The notes under the pieces: model-generated
The model's database searches: none
What the model was told of the DNA's origin: nothing
What the model saw: only the letters and a program-made list of their open reading frames with translations
Translations under genes and position numbers: made by a program
Assembly: GCA_964016885.1 (NCBI GenBank)
Contig: OZ024752.1
Location: forward strand, 48,856,001-48,920,000
Source of the DNA: Eledone cirrhosa
Taxonomy: Eukaryota
Direction of reading: 5' to 3'
DNA length: 64,000 nucleotides
In this document: one piece after another, positions 44,051 through 58,483 of the stretch
Layout of the letters: the number at the start of each line of letters is the position of its first letter
Numbering within the stretch: position 1 is the first letter of the stretch

Positions 44051-45166
44051 TCTTGTCGTTGTCATTGTCGTAACAATCGGGATGAAATCAAGCAAGACAA
44101 AACCTATGGAGGCCCGTAGGCCAGAAACATTCCTTGAATAAATAATCTTGATAGAGTTTGATAAGATCAACACTTGAAGTAAACAACAAGAAAGTTTGCT
44201 GCCTTTATCCATATTTCATTAACGGAATATTTCAATACTAGTTTACATATAATTAATACAAAAGTAGACATTTAGTCTCTGCTGAAACGATAATTATTAC
44301 GAACAAAATTTACAATCACCTCTTCCTCCTTGCTGAGGATATTTTGTGCTTTTTTTGGGAGGAGTTTTGTTGTGTGTGTTTTAAACTTTTTAACTTTTTA
44401 ACTTTTTAACTCTTTGTTTACTTCATATTATTACATTTATTTATATTTATCTATTTATTTATTTATTTCATTAATGCTTTGTTTTTAATTTAATTTTTAT
44501 ATTATTTTAAAATTTTTCCATGAGACATTGTTAACGAAGTTTTGATATAGTGCGAATAATATATGATATATATATATATGATATATACATGATATATATA
44601 TATATGATATATATATGATATATATATATATGATATATATATATGATATATATATATGATATATATATATGATATATGATATATATATGATATATATATA
44701 TGATATATATATATGATCTATGAGATATATATATATATATGATATATATATGATATATATATATATTATATATATATATATATAAAAATATATTTTAAAA
44801 AATATCAAAAAAATATTTAACAAATATAAAAAAATATTTGAAAAAATCAAAAAAAATTTTTTTAAATTAGTAAGGGTGACACAAGACTAAGACTGATATA
44901 AATGATGAAAATCAATTTGAATTGCTACAGATCAATCATAGAAAGTATAGACATTATGGAGGTACTTTGAGATAGTTTTAGTTTAATATTCAGCAAATTT
45001 TAATCAATAATACCAAATGTACTGAAATAGAATCAAAATCATTTGTTTAGTTATAATTCTGAGATGTAGGGCAACCAAAGCCATTGCTCTGTTATTTCTT
45101 TTCTTATTAATATTCTTCTGTTAATATTCTTTGGTTTATATCGGGATTATAAACCTAAAAGTTTAA

Positions 45167-46292
45167 CCCTTTACATTATTCTATATATAATATTGTATTT
45201 TCACCTCACATAATATCTCACATAACATTTACATTACTTTATATATATACTATTGTATTATCATGGTAAAGGCTTTACCGCACATAATATCTCACATAAC
45301 ATTTACATTACTCTATATATACTATTGTATTTTCATGGTAAAGGCTTTACCTCACATAATATCTCACATAACATTTACATTACTTTATATATACTATTAT
45401 ATTATCATGGTAAAGGTTTTACCTCACATAATATCTCACATAACATTTACATTACTTTATATATACTATTGTATTATCATGGTAAAGGTTTTACCTCACA
45501 TAATATCTCACATAACATTTACATTACTTTATATATACTATTGTATTATCATGGTAAAGGTTTTACCTCACATAATATCTCACATAACATTTACATTACT
45601 CTATATATACTATTGTATTTTCATGGTAAAGGCTTTACCTTACATAATATCTCGCATAACATTTACATTACTCTATATATACTATTGTATTTTCACAGTA
45701 AAGGCTTTACCACACATAATATCTCATAACATTTACATTACTCTATATATACTATTGTATTTTCACAGTAAAGGCTTTATCTCACATAATATCTCACATA
45801 ACATTTACATTACTCTATATATACTATTGTATTTTCACAGTAAAGGTTTTACCTCACATAATATCTCACATAACATTTACATTACTCTATATTTACTATT
45901 GTATTTTCATGGTAAAGACTTTACCTCACATAATATCTCACATACCATTTACATTACTCTATATTTACTATTATATTTTCCTGGTAAAGACTTTACCTCA
46001 CATAATATCTCACATAACATTTACATTACTCTATATATACTATTATATTTTCATGGTAAAGACTTTACCTCACATAATATCTCACATAACATTTACATTA
46101 CTCTATATATACTATTATATTTTCATGGTAAAGACTTTACCTCACATAATATCTCACATAATATCAAATCTATGAGATTTTGAAAGTATTTATTTTGAGA
46201 ACAATACCTTAACATCAGTATGATGTTAAGGTATTGTGAGGTATAAGAGGTGAGAATTCTGACCGGTTTTGGCCAGTTTGAACATTAAAGGG
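45167..46292. mobile_element. Same MITE family with an internal 72-bp unit expanded ~13 times
   Basis: TTAA|CCCTTTA...TAAAGGG|TTAA. The unit and 3' part align with 5109-5327. Confidence 0.8.
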
Positions 46293-46339
46293 TTAAAGTC
46301 TGTTCCAAGCCAGGAGTTTCATCAGGTCAATGCTTATCC

Positions 46340-46672
46340 AAGTTTCTGATAATAATGGTTTCTTATTTAGGCACAAGGCCAGCAATTAACCAGTACATTA
46401 CTGGTACTTTATTAAGTTTCTGATAATAATGGTTTCTTATTTAGGCACAAGGCCAGCAATTAACCAGTACATTACTGGTACTTTATTAAGTTTCTGATAA
46501 TAATGGTTTCTTATTTAGGCACAAGGCCAGCAATTAACCAGTACATTACTGGTACTTTATTAAGTTTCTGATAATAATGGTTTCTTATTTAGGCACAAGG
46601 CCAGCAATTAACCAGTACATTACTGGTACTTTATTAAGTTTCTGATAATAATGGTTTCTTATTTAGGCACAA
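46340..46672. repeat. 74-bp tandem repeat (~4.5 copies) of SINE tail plus flank
   Basis: Units start at 46340, 46414, 46488, 46562, 46636. Confidence 0.9.
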
Positions 46673-47171
46673 GAGCAACAACTTTGGAGGAGGGGAGGAG
46701 AAAGTCGATTAAATCGACCCCAGTGTGTGACTGGTACTTTATTTTATCGACCCCGTAAGGATGAAAGGCAAAGTTAACCTCGGCAGGATTTGAACTCGGG
46801 GTCGTAAAGGGCCGTAACTCTATGCTGCAAAGCTGATGATGACAGTGATAATATAATATAATGACATTATTGTGTCCAGTGCTCAGGTGCACTACAACTC
46901 ATCAAAGGTGCATATATAGTACATAGAATAATTGTTTCTACGTTAGGCACAAGGCCAGCAAATAACCCAGTGTATTACTGGTACTTTATTTTAGCGACCC
47001 CGTAAGGATGAAAGGCAAAGTTAACCCCGGCGGGATTTGAACTCAGAATGGCAAGAATAATGTTAAAATGTCAGGAAAATGAACAGTGTATGAGTCATGA
47101 TGATGATGATGATATATATATATATGATGATGATGGTGATTATATATATATTTAAATAAATAAATATATGA

Positions 47172-47172
47172 A

Positions 47173-47214
<42 letters not shown>

Positions 47215-47324
47215 TGTGTGTGTGTGTGCGTGCGTGTGTGTGTGTGTGCGTGTGTGTGTATGTGCGCGTGCGTGCGTGCGTGCGTGTGTGTGTATGTGCG
47301 CGTGCGTGTGTGTGTGTGTGTGCG

Positions 47325-47421
<97 letters not shown>

Positions 47422-47505
47422 GTGTGCGTGTGTGTGTATGTGCGCGTGCGTGCGTGCGTGCGTGCTTGTGTGCGCGCGCGTGCGTGCGTGCGTGTGTGCG
47501 CGCGC

Positions 47506-47564
<59 letters not shown>

Positions 47565-47609
47565 TGTGTGTGTATGTGCGCGTGCGTGCGTGCGTGCGTG
47601 CGTGTGTGC

Positions 47610-47659
<50 letters not shown>

Positions 47660-47725
47660 GTGTGCGTGTGTGTGTATGTGCGCGTGCGTGCGTGCGTGCG
47701 TGCGCGCGCGTGCGTGCGTGCGTGC

Positions 47726-47782
<57 letters not shown>

Positions 47783-47816
47783 CGTGCGCGTGTGTGTGTG
47801 TGTGTGTGTGTGTGTG
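47172..47816. repeat. (GT)n/(GC)n alternating purine-pyrimidine tract
   Basis: About 645 bp of almost uninterrupted RY alternation. Confidence 0.95.
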
Positions 47817-48337
47817 GCTGCCTAAATGGAAGAAACAAACCTCAATCCATATGTAGAGTGATATGTATGTTATTAGATATGTTAAGCTAGAGTGGTTAGA
47901 GTTAGATAAGGGTCCTCAAGTATAGCATCGCAGTTATATATATATGTATATATATATATGTATATATATATATGTGTATATATATATGTATATATATATA
48001 TGTGTATATATATGTATATATATATATATATATGTATACATAAATATACACATATATATACATATATATACACATATATATATATACATATATATACACA
48101 TATATATAAACATATATATATACATGTATATATACATAACATATATATATACATATATATATATACATATATATACACATATATATATACATATATATAC
48201 ACATATATATACACATATATACATATATATATATACATATATATATTTATATGTATATATATATATGTGTATATATATATATGAATATGTGTGTATATAT
48301 ATGTGAATATGTGTGTATATACATGTATATATGTGTG

Positions 48338-48378
<41 letters not shown>

Positions 48379-48467
48379 GAATATGTGTATATATATATAT
48401 GAATATGTGTATATAAATGTATATGTGTGTATATATATATATGTATATGTGTGTATATATATGTATA

Positions 48468-48511
<44 letters not shown>

Positions 48512-48524
48512 CCAACAAACATAC

Positions 48525-48556
<32 letters not shown>

Positions 48557-48865
48557 GATCAGATATACCGGCCTGCAGGCAGTGCAGTTTTCTGCTAATG
48601 TAAGTATGAGTGCACTCATGTGTTACATAATATATCAATATATACAAATGTATGGAAGATGGGAAACTACATTTTTGACATGAAACTGTTATGAACTTCC
48701 ACAGATATATTTCTTTTTGCAGTTTATTTAATTTCATAAAACAACATTCATTCTTCAGGAAAATGTGAGCCCTAACTTAATTAACTCACTGTCCTGTACC
48801 ACATGAAACCACATTAGCAAGACCTTCTGGAAAAGTTTGAAACACTGCTATGACTCCATTATGTC

Positions 48866-49237
48866 GCGGTGGATTGGCAGTATCGGTAGAGGGTCGGACG
48901 CCATGCTTTCCAGCATAGTTACGTCCCTTTACGATTTGAGTTCAAATCCCGCCGAGGTTGACTTTGCCTTTCATCCTTACGGGGTCGATAAAATAAAGTA
49001 CCAGTAATGCACTGGATAATTGCTGGCCTTGTGCCTAAAGTAGAAACAATTATGTCAGGCAGTATCGGTAGAGGGTTGGATGCCATGCTTTGATGCATAG
49101 AGTTACGGCCCTTGCCATTCTGAGTTCAAATCCCGCCGAGGTTAACTTTGCCTTTCATCCTTACGGGGTCGATAAAATAAAGTACCAGTAATGTACTGGT
49201 GTATTTGCTGGCCTTGTGCCAAAAGTAGAAACAATTA
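48866..49237 (+). mobile_element. Two head-to-tail Meta-like SINEs
   Basis: Same head, core and tail; ATTATGTC occurs at each junction. Confidence 0.9.
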
Positions 49238-49319
49238 TGTCAACAATTAAAGCCTTTATACTCTAACTTTCATAATAATCTGCCTCTACCATTCCACAAG
49301 GTGTAATGGGATCTTTTCC

Positions 49320-49370
<51 letters not shown>

Positions 49371-49373
<3 letters not shown>

Positions 49374-49739
49374 AAGTTTGTCCTTCATCAGTGGCCTTCC
49401 AACCGTCATAGGCATTTCATCGCTTTAAAGGCCATATACCTCAGGTTGGTGCGAGCAACGGCTAAAAAAAGTCGTTGGGACACGTAAATAAAGGGGACGC
49501 TAGGGTAAACAAACAAAATGGTTTAAGCAACAGAAAGTTAAACCATTTTGTTTGTTTACCCTAGCGTCCCCTTTATTTACATGTCCGAACGACTTTTTTT
49601 AGCCGTTGCTCGCACCAACCTGAGGTATATGGCCTTTAAAGCGATGAAATGCCTATGACGGTTGGAAGGCCACTGATGAAGGACAAACTTTTTCATATGT
49701 AACCCATTTGCAACGCCGCAGCTCCATTACTATCATATT

Positions 49740-49743
<4 letters not shown>
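49371..49743 (+). mobile_element. TA-flanked fold-back element, ~155-bp arms with ~11-nt loop plus 50-bp tail
   Basis: 49371-49525 versus 49537-49693 differ at only about 2 positions. Contains CTGATGA-A-GGAC at 49673 but no clear matching GAAA. Confidence 0.65.
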
Positions 49744-49799
<56 letters not shown>

Positions 49800-50058
49800 G
49801 TAAAATAACAGATTAAAGTTTAAGTAAAGAATCGCTGCTCTACGGTTCTTATATATCTGATAAATATTTATCCTTATCGAGCCCTCTTTGGATTTTAGTC
49901 TTCAAATTTATTATTATTACTATATATATATATATCATCATCATCATCATGAAGGTGGGGAAGGTGGGGTTGGGGGAGGGGGGGAGATGAATTGATGTAT
50001 ATACACATTTACACAGTCTTGGTTACACTGTACTGTATATATATATATATATATATAT

Positions 50059-50253
50059 ATTATGAAAATAAAACATGAGTCCTTAATAGGACGAAACATT
50101 GTTGGCTAATAAAGACTGTTGATGTATTGAAGGCTTCTTTGTTTTATTTTCATAATTCTTCGGCTCTGTTTAACTACATTGAGCTATACCTTTTACTGTC
50201 ATTTCTATAATACGAAGAGGGTGTTTAACTCCAACACGCTCCAGTATTTTAAT

Positions 50254-50258
<5 letters not shown>
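50059..50258 (+). mobile_element. TA-flanked element with 5'-clipped hammerhead and 17-bp 5' inversion
   Basis: ATGA-GTCCT-TAAT-AGGAC-GAAAC-ATT-GTT at 50075-50103. The expected CTG is replaced by 50059-50075, the reverse complement of 50140-50156. Confidence 0.65.
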
Positions 50259-50286
<28 letters not shown>

Positions 50287-50288
<2 letters not shown>

Positions 50289-50775
50289 AATAATAAAATA
50301 ATGAAATTAAACACAAAACTGTTAATTCATAGTAAAACACATTATTTTACGATCGTTTCTGGGGGGTAGTTCCCTGTATGTTCATTCAAATTATTGATCT
50401 ATGTACAACATATTACAAAATACCGCTGTCTTCAGAAATAATTATGAAGAAGGTGGATAGTGAGGATGTACGTATTTTTTTCTCACTAGGATATTTTGTA
50501 ATATGTTTTACATAGATCAATAATTTGAATGAACATACAGGGAACTACCCCCCAGAAACGATCGTAAAATAATGTGTTTTGCTATGAATTAACAGTTTTG
50601 TGTTTAATTTCAGTATTTTAATATTTCTATTTTGACTCTGTATCCAATTGAATTATATCGTTGATAAAAAATGTTTGTACTTTTAAACTTTGCTTCACGA
50701 CATCTTCTACATATGGATTACATTGAGTTCTTTATACGGTTTAGACCCTACCATTGAGTGGTAGATTTATCTGTA
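50287..50775. mobile_element. TA-flanked fold-back element (arms 50287-50422 and 50491-50627) with hammerhead motif on - strand 50341-50442
   Basis: Minus strand reads ATTATTT-CTGAAGA-(long insert)-GAAA-CGATCG-TA-AAATAAT, with palindromic stem III and GUA triplet. The stem II base is imperfect. Confidence 0.65.
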
Positions 50776-50860
50776 TATATATATATATCTATATATATAT
50801 ATGTACATACATACATACATATATATATATGTACATACATATATATATATGTATATATAT

Positions 50861-51396
50861 GGTGGCTGCCAACTCGTTTTCGAGTACGGCCACTACTTTA
50901 TATCCATGTAGGAGAACCCCTACTGATGCGCTAAACGAGTGTGACTTTTTAGTCCAGCCAGCGACTTGAAGACTCTGGTACAAACACTACACTTGTGACA
51001 ATTATTGACACATAGTGCTGGGCCCATGGTACCATGTGACGACAAGTGCAGAGAGATCTCCAGATATAAAGCAATGCCTGTGCCGTGAAGCTTTTATAGT
51101 GAGCAAAGGCACTGCACAAAGCCAGTCCCACTCTCTTAACCAAGATATTTACCAAAAAGAAGAACAAGTCAACATCATTGGATACCATCAGGGTTGCAGG
51201 TGTTATATCAGAGTTTTCCATATATGTATGTATGTACATATATATATATATGTACATACATACATATATATATATATGTACATACATACATATATGTATA
51301 TATGTATGTACATACATACATATATATATGTATATATATATGTACATACATACATATATATATATGTACATACATATATATATGTATATATATATG

Positions 51397-51444
<48 letters not shown>

Positions 51445-52072
51445 TACATCCATATATATGTATATGGTGGCTGCCAACTCGTTTTCGAGTACGGCCACTA
51501 CTTTATATCCATGTAGGAGAACCCCTACCGAAGCACTGAACGAGTGTGACTTTTTAGTCCAGCCAGTGACTTGAAAACTCTGGTACAAACACTACACTTG
51601 TGACAATTATTGACACAGTGCTGGGCCCATGGTACCATGTACCGACAAGTGCAGAGAGATCTCCAGATATAAAAAAATGCCTGTGCCGTGAAGCTTTTAT
51701 AGTGAGCAAAGGCACTGCACAAAGCCAGTCCCACTCTCTTAACCAAGATGATATTTACCAAAAAGAAGAACAAGTCAACATCATTGGATACCATCAGGGT
51801 TGCAGGTGTTATATCAGAGTTTTCCTTCTCCTAGAATTCTGCCTTGACAAAGGCTAAGGGGTCATCTCTCCCGGTGATTTTGGATGGCCATTGACTCTTA
51901 CGAGCTCCTTTGCCCTTTGACAGGTTTTGTTTTTAGTCCTGCAGGATGTCCAAAGTCACCCTCCTCACCAAGCAACCTTGGTGGGGTTGCCAGTTTAGTC
52001 GCCAACGACCCGACCATGAGACAGGTTGTACTGGGATACATGTTACCAGTAGCACCAACTGGTGACCTGACC
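50861..52072 (-). mobile_element. Two tandem copies of the bipartite RTE derivative (50861-51219 truncated; 51466-52072 full)
   Basis: Direct sequence identity to 18911-19517; the copies are separated by a TA/TACA tract. Confidence 0.75.
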
Positions 52073-52093
52073 ATATATATGTATATATATATC

Positions 52094-52125
<32 letters not shown>

Positions 52126-52219
52126 AGTACATACATATATATATATATATGTACATACATATATATGTATATATATATGTATATACATACATACATACAT
52201 ACATACATACATACATACA

Positions 52220-52255
<36 letters not shown>

Positions 52256-52734
52256 TAATCATACGCGTTCCAGTGATGATGTATTTCCTGTTTTTGATTA
52301 GGAATAGAGGGAGAGGAGGAGGGAGAGAAAGAGAAGGAGAGAAAGAGAGCAAGAATTAGAAGGGGAGAGAGAGAGGGAGAGAGAGTTATAATGAATGATA
52401 TTTTTAATCATTATTTAAAAACTGTATGTATATAAAGCTTATTTATTAGATTCTGAAGGTTTATTAGCAAGGTATATATTTAACGTCAATACAGCGGATA
52501 TTTTTAAAGCTGACATAATTTAATGAATGCTCACTACAAGTCATTCTCCAGCACACACGTTCATTTATTTAATGATGTTGTAGTTGTTGTTATAGTTGTT
52601 GTTGTTGTTGTTGTTGTTGTTTGTGTTTTGGGCTTAGTTTGGTTTTGTTCTGTTTTGTTTTGTTTGTTTATTCACTCATTGGTTAATATAATATTTAGAG
52701 TGAATGTAATAAAGATCATTAATTATACACCCCT

Positions 52735-52791
<57 letters not shown>

Positions 52792-53223
52792 TAAATATAT
52801 ATATATAAATACACACATATATATATATATATATATATAAATACACACATATATATATATATATAAATACACAAATATATATATATAAATACACATATAT
52901 ATATATATAAATACACATATATATATACATATATACATATAAATATATAAATATACATATATATATATATACATACATGTGTGTATATATATATATATAT
53001 ATATGTAAACACACACACATACATACATATATATACACACTCACAAACATTCAATTGCAAGCAATGTGTGGTGGTGATGGTGCTTGTTGTGTTGTTGTCG
53101 TGGTGTGGTTGTTGTTGGTGGTGCTTGTTGTGTTGTTGTCGTGGTGTGGTTGTTGTTGGTGGTGTTGTTGTGATGGTGGTGGTGATGGTGGTTGTAGAAT
53201 ACTTAAGTTTAAGGTGAAATTGT

Positions 53224-53256
<33 letters not shown>

Positions 53257-53652
53257 GTCATCATCATTTTATGCCCGCTTTACCCTGCTTGCAAGGGTGT
53301 GATGGGTCCTATACAGCACAGCCTCTCTCCATTCGTATATTTATTAAAATAGGGGTGACTAAAAGGGTTGGCATTAGGAAGAGAATCCAGTTCAAATAAA
53401 TACTTGTTTCTACTTTAGGCACAAGGCCAGCAATCACCCAGTGCATTACTGGTACTTTATTTTATCGACCCCGTAAGGATGAAAGGCAAAGTCAACCTCG
53501 GCGGGATTTGAACTCAGATCGTAAAGGGACGTAACTATGCTGGAAAGCATGGCGTCCGACCCTCTACCGATACTGCCAATCCACCGCCCCTGTTCAAATA
53601 AATACTGTTTCAATATTCCCACTGAAGCCATGCCAGGAAAAGTAGACATAAA

Positions 53653-53691
<39 letters not shown>

Positions 53692-54053
53692 TATACATTC
53701 ATATATATATACATATATATATATATATACATATATATATATGTATATATATATATTATCATTCATTTCATCATCATTCATTTTACGTCCACTTTTTCCC
53801 TGCTTGCAAGGGTGGGACGGGAACTGATGCTGGCTTGATTTCTACAGCTGGATGCCCTTCCTAACACCAACCTCATTTACAGTGAGTGCTGGCTGCTTTC
53901 TTTTGCTGTGGCACCTCCACAACCACTTTGCAGTGGAATGATAGGGACCCCACTCCCCATCATCTCATTTTTACAGCTGAGTAAACTGGAGCAATGTGAA
54001 ATAAAGTGTCTTGCTCAAGGAAACAACACATCACCCACTAAGCCATGTGCTTC

Positions 54054-54161
<108 letters not shown>

Positions 54162-55604
54162 AGTTATTTGCCAAGTAGCGTATGCCAAAAGTGCTCGATA
54201 CTAGTGCCGGCAGTATTAAATATTTGAAGTGATAATATTTAGTGGGCGAGAGAGTTAGCAGAGCGTAAGCACGTGTGTATATATATATATATATATACAT
54301 ACATATATATATACATATACATATACATATATATATATATACATATACATATACATATATATACATATACATATATATACATATACATATATATATATAT
54401 ATATACATATATATACACATATATATATACAAATAAATATATACAAATATATATATACATATATATACACATATATATATACATATATATACACATATAT
54501 ATATACATATATATACATATATATATATACATATATATATATACATACAAATATACATACATATATATATATACATATATACATATATATATGTATACAT
54601 ATATATACATATATATACATATATATATATATACACATATACATATATACATATGCACACATATATACATATATATACATACACACGTGTGTGTATGTTC
54701 ATGTCTATATATGTATATATATGTTTGTAAATGCAAATATATTTGTATGTATGTATGTACATATGTAGGTATGTACATATGTATGTATGTACGTATGTAC
54801 ATACATACATACATATGTACATACATATGTACATACATATGAACATACATATGTACATACATACATATGTACATACATACGTATGTACATACCTACAAAT
54901 CCTACAGTGTCCCAACTAAACACACACGATCAAAGACAACACCCAGACCACAGACTTGCCCCCCCCCCTCCCGCCCACCCCGCCCCGTCTCTACATTTTT
55001 ACACAGTGGCCTCAGTAAGTCTTTTGTTTCTAATCCACAGTAAAACTAAACATTTCTTGCACCTAGTAAAATGAAGACATACACTGAAGATAGACATGAC
55101 TAAGGAAACAAAGAAAACAAAGAGAAAAAAAACAACAACAACCACAACCACAACCACAAACACATTATTTGGAGCTCATCACAAAATACACAAAAAGTCT
55201 GAAGTAAACTTGAAATATCCCTTTGACCAGAAATAATCTGAAGTTATTTACCCCATGTTCAAAAATTATCATTCTTGGAATGTATCCTTGATAAATGCCA
55301 TCACAAACTCGACACAAAGTTTACTTTACTTACCAAAAAAATTCACTTTTTTTCTTGTCTTCTATTTTAAAATTTTAAAATCAATACTTACTTACTTGTA
55401 GCAAGCACCTGATAGCAATGATTGAGTTTACTGATCACATTCCATTTAATCTAAGGCTTTTGTGTACTGGAAAAATGGTGGGGTGGGTGGATTTTCATTT
55501 TTTTTTTGGGGGGGGGGGGGTTTAACTTGTTAGATTTCGAGGGGAAGGGCATAGACCATGGACTTTCACAGATCTTTTAAGATCAGTGGGATTGATGTTG
55601 TTAG

Positions 55605-55709
55605 GTTCTTCTTCAACTGTTCCATGTCAATGCATATGAGAAAACCACGAATAGGGAAAGAATTTCCACAAGAGCCAAAATTTTGGCGATGAGAGGACTG
55701 AAAATAATG
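55605..55709 (+). CDS. Possible 105-nt exon (VLLQLFHVNAYEKTTNRERISTRAKILAMRGLKIM), gene unknown
   Basis: Weak gttgttag acceptor, ATG|gttagt donor, phase 0-0 open frame. Confidence 0.25.
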
Positions 55710-55723
55710 GTTAGTACGGTACC

Positions 55724-56886
55724 TGGGTTGTTGGACACTACATGGGTTGTTGGACACTACATGGGTTGTTGGACGCTACATGGGTTGTTGGACGCTACAT
55801 GGGTTGTTGGGCGCTACATGGGTTGTTGGGCGCTACATGGGTTGTTGGACGCTACATGGGTTGTTGGACGCTACATGGGTTGTTGGGCGCTACATGGGTT
55901 GTTGGGCGCTACATGGGTTGCTGGGCGCTACATGGGTTGTTGGACGCTACATGGGTTGCTGGACGCTACATGGGTTGTCGGGCGCTACATGGGTTGTCGG
56001 GCGCTACATGGGTTGTCGGGCGATACATGGGTTGTTGGACGCTACATGGGTTGTTGGACGCTACATGGGTTGTTGGACGCTACATGGTTGTTGGACATTA
56101 CATGGGTTGTTGGACGCTACATGGGTTGTTGGACGCTACATGGGTTGTTGGACGCTACATGGATTGTTGGGCGCTACATGGGTTGTTGGACACTACATGG
56201 GTTGTTGGACGCTACATGGGTTGTTGGACGCTATATGGATTGTTGGGCGCTACATGGGTTGTTGGACACTACATGGGTTGTTGGACGCTACATGGGTTGT
56301 TGGACGCTATATGGGTTGTTGGACACTACATGGGTTGTTGGACACTACATGGGTTGTTGGACGCTATATGGGTTGTTGGACACTACATGGGTTGTTGGAC
56401 ACTACATGGGTTGTTGGACACTGCATGGGTTGTTGGACGCTATATGGGTTGTTGGATGCTACATGGGTTGTTGGACGCTATATGGGTTGTTGGATGCTAC
56501 ATGGGTTGTTGGACACTACATGGGTTGTTGGATGCTACATGGGTTGTTGGACGCTACATGGGTTGTTGGACACTACATGTGTTGTTGGACGTTACATGGG
56601 TTGTTGGACGCTAAATGGGTTGTTGGACGCTACATGGGTTGTTGGACGCTACATGGATTGTTGGGCGCTACATGGGTTGTTGGACACTACATGGGTTGTT
56701 GGACGCTACATGGGTTGTTGGACGCTATATGGGTTGTTGGACACTACATGGGTTGTTGGACACTACATGGGTTGTTGGACGCTATATGGGTTGTTGGATG
56801 CTACATGGGTTGTTGGACGCTATATGGGTTGTTGGATGCTACATGGGTTGTTGGACACTACATGGGTTGTTGGACACTACATGGGT
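55724..56886. repeat. 19-bp minisatellite, ~61 copies
   Basis: GGGTTGTTGGAC(G/A)CTACAT with variants. Confidence 0.97.
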
Positions 56887-57235
56887 GATGACAAGAAAAG
56901 AAATGAAATGAGATGAGTATTTTGAGAGTGCCTGAGTGAAAGTGTCATGAAACAGGCCAGATCTAAGGAGCAGACACCTCTGTAATCATCATCATTGCAA
57001 CCATCCTCACCAGGTCGATAAAATAAAATACCAGTAACACAGTCCACGCTGTAATGTGGCCGTGTAACACGGTAAAAACCTCCCAGTCCACACTGTAAAC
57101 ATGGTTGGTGTTAGGAAGGGCATCCAGCCGTAGACAACCTGCCAGACAGTCCTATACGAGCGGGACAACCAATGTTGCCTCAAGTGGGAAAACTCCCGTC
57201 CAAACCCATGCAAGTGTGGAAGATGGACGTTAAAC

Positions 57236-57275
<40 letters not shown>

Positions 57276-57291
57276 TAGTGGGGTCGATAAA

Positions 57292-57366
57292 TATTTCATC
57301 TGATGACCGTAATGGACGTTTCTGTTAAGATCGTCTAGTTTCATGAAAACCTTTGGTAATGGAATA
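57292..57366 (+). ncRNA. Degenerate type I hammerhead motif
   Basis: TATTTCAT-CTGATGA-(TGGACG..CGTCTA hairpin)-GAAAA-CC-TTT-GG-TA-ATGGAATA. One extra A and a weak stem II base. Followed by TA/CA repeats. Confidence 0.5.
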
Positions 57367-57438
57367 ATTATATTGTCTTATTTATTATACAAACATATAT
57401 ATATATACATACACACACACACATATATATCATCATTT

Positions 57439-57476
<38 letters not shown>

Positions 57477-57507
57477 TATACACACACACATATATATCAT
57501 CATCATT

Positions 57508-57544
<37 letters not shown>

Positions 57545-57638
57545 TATACACACACACACACATATATATCATCATCATTTTATATATATATATATACACA
57601 CATATACATATACACACACACACATATATATCATCATT

Positions 57639-57671
<33 letters not shown>

Positions 57672-57746
57672 TATACATATACACACACACATATATATAT
57701 ACACACACACACATATACATACACACACACACATATATATCATCAT

Positions 57747-57795
<49 letters not shown>

Positions 57796-57856
57796 TATAT
57801 ATATACACACACATACATATACACGCACACGCTCATACATACACACACACATATAT

Positions 57857-57914
<58 letters not shown>

Positions 57915-58452
57915 AAGTTATTTTTTATCCTTCCAGACAAATTCTAAACTAGCCAAGCTATGACAAAATGGAGAGATTTTGATAGAGTTTTCTGTTTCAC
58001 TTTTGTCTGAATTCTATTGTTTGTGTCATTGTTGGAAAAACTGAAACTTTCTGAAGGCCATAGTGAAATAAATTAAAAGAATACACACACACACTCTCTC
58101 TCACACACTATCTCTCTCTCTCACACACACACACTCTCTGTCACACACACACTCTCTCTCTCACACACACACTCTCTCTCACACACAGTCTCTCTCTCTC
58201 ACACACACACACTCTCTCTCACACACACACTCTCTCTCTCTCGCACACACACACACACTCTCTCACACACACACTCTCTCTCTCTCACACACACACACTC
58301 TGTCACACACACACTCTCTCTCTCTCTCTCACACATACACACTCACTCTCTCACACACACACAATCTCTCTCTCTCACACACACACACTCTCTATCACAC
58401 ACACACTTTCTCTCTCTCTCACACGCACACACTCTCTGTCACACACACCCAG

Positions 58453-58483
<31 letters not shown>

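Noticed and set aside
44050-44215. Unique island with an open frame (VDLIKLYQDYLFKECFWPTGLH, minus strand); similar islands at 7935-8030 and 29350-29510
   Set aside because: Splice signals weak or ambiguous and no recognisable homology.
45253-46183. Repetitive 158-306-aa ORFs
   Set aside because: 72-bp tandem repeat inside a MITE, with a frameshift.
55683-56916. ~400-aa ORFs with WVVGRYMGC repeats
   Set aside because: A 19-bp minisatellite that is open in all three frames.
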